From Octopus sinensis (taxonomy: Eukaryota): DNA of 64,000 bases. Below, in pieces: positions 52,313-64,000 of the stretch; position 1 is the stretch's first letter, and each line of letters begins with the position of its first letter. The stretch is taken from NCBI RefSeq assembly GCF_006345805.1, contig NC_043000.1, positions 105,338,001 to 105,402,000 on the forward strand, in the 5' to 3' direction. The notes below the pieces were generated by a model. That model was not told the origin of the DNA. It worked only from the letters and a program-made list of their open reading frames with translations, and did not search any database. Made by a program: the position numbers and the translations under genes.

Positions 52313-53405
52313 TTTTTTTTTTTTTTTCTTGCTTAGAGGGTAAGTGCATGGTCATTGCACCTTTTAGGTCCCTAAGACTAGTCTGAAGAAGGGTGTAAGA
52401 TAACCTCAAACTGCACACCGCTGAAGGCACCAAAGGTTCATGAATTGGTATAAAATCTAAAGACAGCACCAAGTATCAAATATTTTTGCAATAGGAAATG
52501 AGATGATATGACATTCATGCTCTTTCCAAGCCTATTAGCGATACAACTGATAGGTAATGGCCACAACTGGGAATCGAAACTCGGATTACCAGGAACTACT
52601 TCCTGTTTTTTTATATTCACTTACCGTAGCATAAATTTTTAACATTAACAAACAGTTTCAAGAAGTAGAGTCGATTGCATCAAATCAAGTATTGATTTTA
52701 TCGAACCAGAAGGATGAAAGGCTGGATCAGCTTTGATGAGAAACTTGAACTTAAAACATAAAGAGTCGTAGCTAAATTCCATTTTAATGGTTCTGCTAAT
52801 CGGATCTTTTCCTTTTAATGGACAGAATTTTCTAGTTAACTAAATAATTTGAAACTTCGTATACTGGTAGAGAAGACATTTTCAATGGAAATAATTTAAA
52901 CGAATTTACAAACGAATAAGTTTCAAATTCTATAAAGCAATGCAAACAATAATTTAAACACTAATTTTATATATACTCAGATTCAAACGAATTTAGATGT
53001 TTACGTTAACTACGTCACAAAATAGCCGTTTACGTCACAGTAACAATATGTTTAGACGCAGCAAATAATTTCAGCTCAAAACAAAGAACACGATTGGTTA
53101 AACAGCTCAAAACAGAGAATACGATTGGTTAAAATTCGAAGAATTAAACTACGTTAAACTTAAAAGTTACAATTTTGTTTTCAATTTTGTTTACAATAAT
53201 GTTTTCTTTTGACACATTCTACCAGTATACGGAGTTTCAAATTATTTAGTTAACTAGAAAATTCCGTCCATCAAAAGGAAAAGATCCTGCTAATCTTCTA
53301 TGCTTGCAATAATTATTATTTCTTGTTATAGGTGGATGTGAAGTCAATTGGATCGAACTAGTACGTTACTGGAACTTCATTTATCCATTATTATATGAGA
53401 CATGA

Positions 53406-53804
53406 AAGGCAGCGAACTGGCAGAATCGTTAGCACGTCGAGCGAAATGCTTAGCAGTATTTCGTCTGCCGTTACGTTCTGAGTTCAAATTTCGCCGAGGT
53501 CGACTTTGCCTTTCGTCCTTTCGGGGTTGACAAATTAAGTACCAGTTACGCACTGGGGTTGATGCAATCGACTTAATCCGTTTGTCTGTCCTTGTTTGTC
53601 CCCTCTATGTTTAGCCCCTTGTGGGTAGTAAAGAAATAGGTATTTCGTCTGTTTTTATGTTCTGAGTTCAAATTCCGCCGAGGTCGACTTTGCCTTCCAT
53701 CCTTTCGGGTTGATAAATTAAATACCAGTTACATACTGGAGTCGATCCAATCGACTAGCTCCTCCCAAAAAATTTCGGTCCTTGTGCCTAGAGTAGAAAA
53801 GATT
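53406..53804 (+). mobile_element. SINE family A dimer (full unit plus an A-box-less second unit with a different tail)
   Basis: Unit 1 is 53406-53640. Unit 2 restarts at TATTTCGTCTG (53641) and ends CCTTGTGCCTAGAGTAGAAAAGATT. Confidence 0.8.
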
Positions 53805-54266
53805 GTATGAGACATGAATTACCAAGCGGACAACAGCAGTTGCTGCTGCTACTGCTACTGTTGCTGCATACCTAAGATCAAAGACGTTCCTCTTGTGATT
53901 GGTCTTTTTTTCCTTTTTCAGCCAGTTATTCTAGAACTACATAATCAAATGTCTTCTCTTTTAAGATATTCGAATGGAGTATGAGGGATATTTTGCTGTT
54001 ATGTCTATATGGTCAAGTTTGTACGCAGCTTCAAAGTCAGGATGTAGAAAGATAATTGTAAACACTGTAATATATATTAGTCCACCGCTCTGTTGTTTCT
54101 GCTAAACAATAGAGATTTATTATTAATATCACACTGCTACTAGCATATGAGTTATCTCCCTTTGTTTTGTTTTTTTTTGGGGGGGGGGATTTCCTTACAG
54201 AGAATTGTTTTACTTTCAAATTACGGCAACAATCTCAATTTTACTATTTATATTCGTGTGCATAAC

Positions 54267-54302
<36 letters not shown>

Positions 54303-54659
54303 GTGATCGTGTGGATGTTTATGTCTGTTCAGGACTACGTAGACACCAGTATCATCCAATTAGTGAAAACATGAAACATAATACTACCAGGTCATACTCA
54401 CTCGCGAGTGACGACTATGGTTCTCTTTTTTTTTCTTTTACATTTGTCCGTTTTTTTGTTTTATTTTATCGTTGAATTTTGTTTTTTCTCTAGGCTTTGA
54501 AATATTTTTACTCCTATCACACTGAATCAGATCATCTGGATTACCACTGTATTTGTGGTTTTAAATACAGTTTATAGAATATTAGATTAACTTTTGGGTT
54601 TTCATATAACACCATCAACTTATTTAACAACCAGTATCTCCCATCCTTCCTTCATTCCT

Positions 54660-54870
54660 TCCTACCTATTCCTTGTCTGTGAGGCCGTTAGGGTGTTGAT
54701 GACGTCACAACCAGATTTCACTTCTCCCGGTCTTCGGCTACCCTCAGTGACTTGATGAAATTCAATCCTGTCCACTCTGAGCGTTAACCCAAGCGACGAT
54801 GGATCTGGTGATGCCTGTCCAAACACCTGACCGTCTCGGACAAGGTGCAGCTGCCAAACACCAAATGTAG
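54660..54870 (-). mobile_element. RTE-like LINE 3' coding fragment
   Basis: Minus translation EWTGLNFIKSLRVAEDREK*NLVVTSS resembles the W.GL....L..AEDR..W C-terminus of RTE ORFs. Confidence 0.55.
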
Positions 54871-56267
54871 TACTTCTATTTCAAAGCCCCTTATACCCCA
54901 ACAATCAATATCTAATCGATAAATTTAGTATTTGGTATTAATTTGAGAAATCTTGGAGAAACAAAACACCGAGTCTACAAGCGCTATATTTGAATATAGT
55001 AGTTACATAATGATTGGTATTGCCTCGATTCATTTTGGACAGACAAAAGCTATGCTTACATTCGCTATATTTGCCCACAGAATTTTATAATTCATATTGA
55101 ATTGGACAAATTATGTAAGAACAAGAATCTACATTCACTGTAATGAAATACAGAATTATGCAAAGACTAATATTAACGTGAGCTATCATAAAGAGCTAAA
55201 AGGCCAAGTCAAGTCTTTATTTATTGTATTTCAATACAGTATTATATAATAATCTATTACTTTACTGCACAATTTTGAAGGAACAAAAACCAAATCTTCG
55301 TTCATTATATTATATTATAGAATAATATAATAACTAATAATTTGAGCAATCTTGCAGAGACCAAAGGTCAAGTCAAATCTAGATTCATGGTATTTGGATG
55401 CGGAAACATATATGTAAATGGCATTGTTTTGCCCTTGGTTAGCTCTGATCGGAGAGACTGACGATCGACAATATTCCAGTCGTGACTATCTCGTATTTTC
55501 CTCCCGTAACAACTATTTTATAACTACACTATCCTATGTTTCCCTTTCTTTTGGGGGAGTATAGATGTGATTTAACAGGGATTTCACTGCCATTTCAAGC
55601 AAGTTGAAAGCTGAAAGTTGAAAGATTTCAATGTTTCCTCTGACACATAGCTGATTGATTCGATATAACGCCAAGATGTCAGTCAGTGTGTCGACAAATA
55701 ATGTCCAACCAGTGTTATATCCATGACCCACAAACTTAACATTTTCACAGATAAGTATATAGTGAGCTTCCACTAATGCGATTATAATAATTATTATAAT
55801 TATTGCGATTATAATAATTATTATAATTATTATATTATAATTGATTATTTCGCTATTCACACTTATGAACTGTTTAACCACATGGATCTATCGTAGTACC
55901 AAATGAATAATTTTATCATTTAGACCGTCTTATCATACTCTCTCTGTATTCATTACAAATTTAGGCACAAGGCCAGCAATTTCGGGGAAGGAGTACAGTA
56001 AATAAGAAACAGAGATTTAATATAATAAATACAACTTTATTACCTTCTTGTATGCCAATTTATTAGTATTTTTGTGGACACACTTGAAAAATTATCTTCC
56101 TATGCTGAAATGTCTTAAAAAGAAACATGATTAAGATGATGCGGTATTGCAATTCCAACCTGTGACTCAATGGATATCGGGACGAGATGTAAACAAGTTC
56201 CATCGTAAACATTATTTGTTGTCGACGTCGTTGTTGTTACTGTTGCTGTTGTTTCTTCTTCTTCTTC

Positions 56268-56339
<72 letters not shown>

Positions 56340-56551
56340 GTCGTCGTCGCCATCCTTATCTTTTCTATTTTATCCCCCTCCCCTTCTACCCCAAGCAAGC
56401 CCTGATCCAGCAAGCTTATGATGTACAACGTTCGCGGGAGAGAGTGAGAGAGAGAGATAGAGAGAGAATCGGAGGTAATTAGCCTGAGAGAAAAAGAGAG
56501 AATTGTTTTTCAACTGTTTGTTATGAACACATTTTCAGTTGAAAAAAATCC

Positions 56552-56590
<39 letters not shown>

Positions 56591-57072
56591 TTTTCTCACT
56601 CTCTCACTCGCTTACTCACACACACACACACATACACTCATACATACACGCATACACACACGATGGTCTTAATCAGAATTAACATATTTGTCTTCTTCCC
56701 GTGCCATACAAATTTAACCGAACTCAGGACGTACACTATAATTATCACCAACACAGTTAAGCTCCGGAACAAAAGAATATGCTACAACTGGAGAAAATGG
56801 TGTTATTTGGAATATCTTTAACAATGAGCCTACTCAATCGGGACTGACTTGGGATTAAACAACAAATACTAGCATCTGGAGACTGCTGTCTTCTATTTTA
56901 ATCAGGTTAAACATTTTCAGGATAGGTAAAGTCTTAGGAGTTATCTCCCTTAGACTTGTTCACTTTTTATCCCCCTTAGATTCAATTAAATTTGCTTTAT
57001 TCGTTTTCAATAAATCTTATATAACTGCGAAAAGACTTGCTTGTTTCCTTTCTCTCTCTCTTTCTCTCTCCC

Positions 57073-57107
<35 letters not shown>

Positions 57108-57565
57108 GTTGTGTGTGTGTGTGTGTGTGTGTGTATGTTTCTGATTTGATTTTAAGTAACACCCGCTTGACAACTGATGTTTATTGCCACCGTAAATTAA
57201 CGGTTCAGCAGAATGGGGTACGATAGAATATGGGCTTCAAATAAAAAGAAATCAGTACCGGGTGCGATTTGATCTACTAAAAGCCTTAAAAGCTACGCTC
57301 CAGTACGATCACAATCCAATGAATTAAACCAGTGTGACTGCACGTGCGCGTCTGCGTGTGTCTGTGTGTGCACGTGCGCGAGCGTGTGTGTCTGTGAGTG
57401 GGCGCCCCTGTATAAGAATTGTACATGCTTACTAAATAACTTGATCTGAGATCGTGGGTTGAAATCGAGAGAAAACAAGTGAAGATTCATAACACCCTAA
57501 TAGTTATCTGAAAGACATGTACATTGTTATATTCATTTCTGTTTTATTTTTTTTTTTATATATTA

Positions 57566-57963
57566 CTAGCAGTATCGCCCGGCGTTGCTCGGGTTTGTAA
57601 GGGAAATAACTATATAAGCATTTTTAGAGAGTTATAGCCAAAAAATGGCAAAAAGAAAATGCATTAAAAATGGAAAAAAAATTATGGTAATTTTTTTTAA
57701 TCGTTGACTCATCGTAGACATTTTTAGAGAGTTACTTCCCTTATATAATAGCGAAAAAACGCATTAAAATGGAAAAACATGATGGTAAATTATTTTTTAA
57801 ATCGTAGACTCATCGTAGACGCGCGCTAATACCCAGAAGGGCTCGATATGAATCACGACTATAAGATACCCGCTTTTGGTTACACTGCACCGCAAAATGT
57901 GGGAGTAGTTAGGAATCTAAATCGTAGGAGACAGACACACAACTTGACTTTTATATATAAAGA
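57566..57963 (-). mobile_element. Non-autonomous Helitron with intact termini (398 bp)
   Basis: Minus strand shows A|TCTTTATATATAAAAG at the 5' end and a 3' hairpin CCCGAGCAACGCCGGG followed by CGATACTGCTAG|T. It is inserted between A and T with no TSD. Confidence 0.9.
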
Positions 57964-57981
57964 TATCCTATAGTATATCCA

Positions 57982-58392
57982 TAGGCGTAGCAGTGGCTCT
58001 GTGGTAAGCAGCTTGCTTACGAATCACATGGTTCCGGGTTCAGTCCAACTGCGTGGCAACTTGGGCAAGTGTCTTCTACTATAGCCTCAAGCCTTGTGAG
58101 TGGATTTGGTAGACGGAAAATGAAAGAAGCCCGTCGTATATATGTATATATATATATATGTATATATATGTATGTGTGTGTATGTGTTTGTGTGTCTGTG
58201 TTTGTCCCCCCTAACATCGCTTGACAACCGATGCTGATGTGTTTACGTCCCCGTAACTTAACTGTTCGGCAAAAGAGACCGATAGAATAAGTACTAGGCA
58301 TCCAAAGAATAAGTCCTGGGTCGATTGGCTCGACTAAATGCGGTGCTCCAGCATAGCCACAATCAAATGAAACAAGTAAAAGAGTAAAAGAG
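57982..58392 (+). mobile_element. SINE family B
   Basis: Same landmarks as 46550-47028. Confidence 0.8.
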
Positions 58393-58626
58393 TATAAAGG
58401 TTTGATTTGAAGGAGATTTCCAGCAGGTCGACCGATGCGTTACAGATCCATTGAAGTCGTAGATTCTATTCAATAACCACTGAAGAAACGTATGATTGTG
58501 GGTGAGATTTTTTTTTTTTAATATTAAATGATTAAATGTAATATGTTGGCCCACATATGATAAGGCAATTTGTATGGCGAGAGTGCTTAAATGATTGGAA
58601 AGCTCATTTAGTGAGAGAGTTTAAAT

Positions 58627-58919
58627 CAGGATTTCTTAGCCAGGGTCAATATGGACCACAGGGGTCTACCGATGCAATATAGTAAATTGGGGGTTCACGG
58701 TAATTTTTCAGGGGCCATGAAAAAATTATGCTTCAGATCAGTTACGTTTATGGTTATACTTCCACAATACACATTTTTTTTTTTTTTTTGTAATCAATTC
58801 CTAATGATATTTAATTATATAAATACAAAATGTTTTTAAACATCGAATAGCTACGGTCCGCTTAAGTAAAATAGGAATCAAAGGGATCCATAGATAAAAA
58901 AAATGGTTGAGAACCCCTG
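58627..58919. mobile_element. hAT-like MITE
   Basis: Ends CAGGATTTCTTA and TGAGAACCCCTG. Flanks GTTTAAAT / ATCTAAAT match at 6/8. Confidence 0.6.
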
Positions 58920-60109
58920 ATCTAAATGATAAGAGGGATTATTATATGGTGCAATTGTGTAACTGGTGTCACAGTCTAAATTATAAGACGGCTCAGTTGG
59001 TAAGACGGTCAAATAGTGAGGCGATGTAAATCAGGAACAGGTTCATGTAGGCCCTATTGACGAAACAGTCTATCTGTAGTGGGGGGGGGGAACAAACTGA
59101 TGAAAGGTCTCATTTGATAAGATGGTCTAAGTGATGACACAGATCAGGGGTAGAAACGGTCTAAAGGATGAGAAATCTCATTTAGTGAGATGGTCTATGT
59201 GGTTATACATCTGGTTTAAGAAAGAAGATAATCCATATGGTGAGATGGCTGATTCAGTTGAGCAATCTAGTAAACCAGTCTAAATCATGAAGTGATCCAT
59301 AGTGAGTGTCTTTTAGACGGTCTGAATCTCAACGGGGGCCCATGTAATATTTTGTTGTTAAAATTTACATGCAGTAAGTTACTTATACTTCTACAATACA
59401 CAAAATATTTTTATATTTTTATACAATTTAATGATAAAAATATAATTGGAAGTGAACACTGGTGTCTATGTAATCAACTTAACTGGTGTCTTTGTAATCG
59501 ACTTAACTCCTTCCTCGAAATTACTGGCCTAGTGCCTAAATTTGAAATGAATACAGTGAGCCGGTTCATGTGATGAGACGGTCCAAATCATCATTTGGTA
59601 CGACGATCGATCCATGTGGCTAAACTGTCCATAACTGTGGAAAGGGAAATAATCAATGTTATTAAACTGTCCACGTAGTGAGACCATTTGTGCAATGATA
59701 TCATTATCAATCTTATGGTCTTTGCAAGAGATGCTATATATGAAACAAGCCAAATTGTGGGACAGGTCCATGGTATGAGGCAGGTCATACTAAGAGGCAA
59801 ATTCAATGGTGAAACTGCCTGTATGTTGAGGTCTATATTGTATATGTTAATCAGTCTTTAATGATGAAAAGAACTATGTAGTGAAACCGTCTTCATGTTA
59901 GAACAGTCCATGCTGTGAGAAGGTAGACGCAGTGAAAGCCATTAGTGATATGGTCCAAATGGTGACAAAGTATATATATATGACGGAACAGTCCATATTG
60001 CAAGACAGTCTAAATACTATGGTGGTCTATATGAAGAGACACACCAACATGTGAAATTATCTATATCATAAAACGACCGAAATGACCATTATGTAATAAA
60101 GTTTTATTA

Positions 60110-60365
60110 TCGACATTTTTCTGTTTTAAAGCATTGTATCTTGATTGATTTATATGAAGCAGCCGAAACCTTTTGCCGGTCATTTTTGGTGTTCGTCTCG
60201 CATTCAGAACCCCTACTACAAAATATAATGATTAGGTATGGAAATGACTCCAACAGGACCATTGTTTCATCTGTAAAAAAGCAATGCGAAACATCCACTT
60301 ATAAGTTGGCAACTAGCAGAAATTTGCAATAGCTTAAAGTGGCCGAAGATTTTTGCACGGTACTG
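60110..60365 (-). mobile_element. Possible Tc1-like terminal fragment
   Basis: Minus strand begins CAGTACCGTGCAAAAATCTTCGGCCA, resembling Tc1-family TIR starts. Confidence 0.35.
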
Positions 60366-60393
60366 CATACGCACGCACACACACACACACACA

Positions 60394-60468
<75 letters not shown>

Positions 60469-60655
60469 GGGAAGAATACACACAAAAAAGACGAAGACAG
60501 GTGGTGTAGACAACAAACAGATGTATTAGTATAACGTTTGGGAAGTGAAAAAGTCGTTAATGCTTCAAGCCTATGCTCTTCCACAGAAAGGAACACAGTA
60601 GGAAACAAGGAGAGAAAATAAAGAATGTATAGTGGTTAGCGATCTATCATGGCGA

Positions 60656-60727
<72 letters not shown>

Positions 60728-61048
60728 TGTATGTATGTATGTATGTGTATATATATGCAGTTTAATAACATTCTTTTCTTATCTTTTTTCCTCCTGTCTT
60801 TCTCTCTTTCCGGGACTTTTCTCTGTGTTAGCGACGAAGAACTATATCCGAAACTTTGCACTTTTACGCTATAAATTTTACTTTGCAACTTTTTTTCCTT
60901 CTGTGAGCGTCAACCTAATAATAATGTGAATATCTTTTGAACTTTTATTTATTTGTTCTTTTATTTCATTTTGTTATTTGTTGTTGATTTGAGGTATGTG
61001 TGTGTGTGTGTTGTGTGTGTGTGTGTGTGTTGTGTGTGTGTGTGTGTG

Positions 61049-61079
<31 letters not shown>

Positions 61080-61096
61080 CGTGCGTGTGTGAGTGT

Positions 61097-61385
61097 CACT
61101 GGAAGTGTAAAAGTCTGTAAAACTTTCTAGAAGTTCATCATTTAAGAGTATATGAGCATGTCTAGATATTCAAGTACAAACATAAGAAGACATACATAAA
61201 ACGAAATATACAAATCTGCACGTACGCACACATACATACATACATACATACATACATACATACATACATACATACATACCCTGTTGATATCGTTGAAATT
61301 CCGTTGAAGGAGCCTTGAATCTAGGTTAGAAACTGGCTCTTTCTCTATTGGTAAGAAATCTTGAAATAAAACTGAATAATGACAT
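61097..61385 (+). mobile_element. 3' end fragment of the same R4/Dong-like family
   Basis: CACTGGAAGTGTAAAA..TGAGCATGTCTAGAT..CCTGTTGAT..GAAATTCC..GGAGCCTT..GGCTCTTTCTCT matches 30081-30320 and ends in CATACATA. Confidence 0.8.
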
Positions 61386-61781
61386 ACATATATATATACG
61401 TATGTATGTATGTATGTATGTATGTATGTATGTATGTATGTATGTATGTATGTATGTGTTTTGTTAGAGCTATGCCGGATTGGTCTGACACCGAGTGGTA
61501 TTAGGGCCACAACCCAGCAGACGGGGCTCTGGTGAAAATCCTCGGAGTGTCTATTTCGACAACCGGCGGTTCCTCGGTCGTTCTGTCCCTGCGTCTGCGG
61601 ACAATCTGCGGCAAACAGGATGTCTCTACATGCGGGATTGTTGGGGACCGCTTGTGAAATTCATATTCCCACGAAACTTCTTCCACTGCCATGGTTCGAG
61701 ATGCCTCAAGGGAGATAGAAGAAGGCGACTCAACCCGCCCAGGGTGAAAGTCGCCACAAGTACAAGTAAGTATGTGTGTGT

Positions 61782-61854
<73 letters not shown>

Positions 61855-63572
61855 TTTGTAATTGTGCTTGTCCTCCACCACCGTTTGGCAACAGGTGTAG
61901 ATTTGTTTATGTCCCCGTAACTTGGTGGTTCGGGAAACACTTAACAATTAGCAAAGGTGTCGATTTGTTCCACTAAACTCTTCCAGGTAGTGCCCCGGTC
62001 GCATTTCAATAACTGAAACAAATAGAAAATAAAAGGTAAATGCTATATTACAGAAACAAAAACAGTTTCATTACATCCTACGTTTCTACTAATAACCGAG
62101 TAGCAGCTTCAAAGATATTTCCACTCACTTTTTTATTTGGACGAGAAGAACGTATGCGCTCTTTGTGCTTGCAGGAATTTGGCAGTGGTGGATGACTGGG
62201 AAGTGATAGTGGATTAGAAAGGGAAGTAGACGATGCCAGCACAAGTGGTGAACACGAGCTTGAGATTTGATCTGGTTTTTGCATCAAGAGCAGTACATCG
62301 TATAGTCGTCATGGGCTCAGCTACTTCGAGTGAGACGAAGATAGAGAAAATGAAAGAAAGGAAGTGGGGTATGCAGAGTTGATGGAAAACTGCAAGGAAA
62401 ACTGATGAAGGACAAAAGCTATGGACAGTGGAAGATGGCTGTATGGTTTTGCAGAGCTTTGCAATGCTTTGCAATGCTTTCCAGGCCTTTGCAGAGCTTT
62501 GCAAGGCTTTGCAGAGCATTGCTATGGCTTTGCAAGAACTTTGCAAGGGCTTTGCAGGTCTCGCTGTAAGGAAGTGGCTTGACGCTTTAAATGTGGACTG
62601 AGGGTAGAAGGTTTGTTGCGATGGATTTGTTAGATAGCAGCGGTTGGTTTATGTCTGATAATGCAGAAGTTAGCAAGCAACAACGGAAAAGGTACTGAGT
62701 AGGATGTCCCAGTGCAGCACCGGACAGCCAGATAGATATATAAGCTACATAAGTATCCAAGAATCGATGAAGTCTGGTACACTGCTACTGGTCCTCCTAT
62801 GTTGGAACTTTGCCATTGATTTTAATTGTTATTTTACTGTTTTTAGTTATTCATAAAAAAACAACTCAGAGATAAAACGGGAATACTTTTTATTTAACAG
62901 ACAAGAAACGCACGTATATCACTACTAAAATGGTGTAGGTTGATGCTGTTAAGTCCTAGGTCAACCCTCAGCAACCATACCTATGATTACATGTGTTCCT
63001 GCTTTGACTTCATCGCATTTTTAGGCGTATTTAGTTCTACATTATACCGTGTCCTTCGTTTTGAAGATTGTGGTGCTAAATCTGATGGAATTTTGGTTGC
63101 TATTTCTGTAAGGTTAACAGATCGCATTGCATAATTGTTCCCTTACTGGGTCGGTGACAGAAGATTTGCAAGAGAGAGCGAGAGAGAGAGGGGGGGATGA
63201 AGAAAGAAGAATGGTGTGATAGCGATGTGGGAGATGGAAGAGTGAGCTTAGGAAGACAAGTGGAGAACATAGTAATATTATGAGAGAGTATTGAGTATAC
63301 TTGAAAGAAAGAGTAGATAAGAGAGTGATTAAGAACTATGTATAACAATGCGTAAGCGGAGAAAATGCGCAGACAATTGTGTGTGTGTGTGTGTGTACGT
63401 GTGTGTGTGGTGTGTGTGTGTGTGTGTGTGTAAGTAGGGGAGTAAATGAAATGATAGAAGGAATGAGTGAGTGTGGCAAGGGTGATAGTGTGGGTGATGG
63501 TGGAAGTGATGGTGTGGATGGGGTAGCGATGATGGTGGTGGTGGTGGTGGTGGTGGTGGTGGTGGTGGTGGT

Positions 63573-63646
<74 letters not shown>

Positions 63647-64000
63647 CGAGAGAGAGCAGGTGGGAAAACATGAGCTGCATGAGAGAGAAAATAGTTAAGG
63701 TAAACAAAAGAATTAGAGATAAGAAAGCGAGAGACAGACAAGCAGACAAAGAGGGGGAAAGAGAACTAAAGAGAGCTAAAGAGAGAGAGACAGACAGGAA
63801 GACAGACAGACAGGCAGATAGACAGACAGACAGATACAGACTGAGAGAAGGTAGGGGTTGAAAGTGCTGAAAGTGGAATAAGAAAATAAAATCAATATTT
63901 AACCTAAATACATAATAAAAACCATCAAAGACTGCAATGTTCTGGTGATACCGGGGAAATACCTGAATTGTAATGGCTTCTGACTCTGCTGATGCTGCTG

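Noticed and set aside
52383-52415. CTGAAGAAGGG..ACCTCAAAC hammerhead-like word
   Set aside because: GAAA is replaced by CAAA and there is no cleavage triplet or stem I.

Overview
AT-rich, extremely microsatellite-rich eukaryotic genomic DNA with one 100-N gap (43820-43919). The recurring tRNA-derived SINE families and microsatellite style look like an octopod cephalopod genome; this is from recall of such repeats, not from a search. I cannot confidently support any host protein-coding gene, and nearly all ORFs in the supplied track are translations of simple repeats. The window reads as intronic or intergenic DNA filled with at least four SINE families, decayed mariner/Tc1, Chapaev3-like, hAT- and piggyBac-like DNA elements, a non-autonomous Helitron, R4/Dong-like and RTE LINE fragments, and Penelope-like remnants with hammerhead ribozyme motifs. 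The most interesting structure is a nested complex at 14.45-21.87 kb, where one SINE is split twice. A ~2.15-kb unit, present as two tandem copies and each carrying a ~700-bp fold-back element, sits in the SINE's internal microsatellite. A 2.6-kb element flanked by a 15-bp target-site duplication sits in the SINE's tRNA-like head. That element encodes only a gag/ORF1-like protein (RRM-like region plus CCHC knuckle) and a second, diverged copy of an unfamiliar ~60-aa C-terminal domain, with no RT or endonuclease. It is a candidate 'half-LINE' (HAL1-like) non-autonomous retrotransposon.
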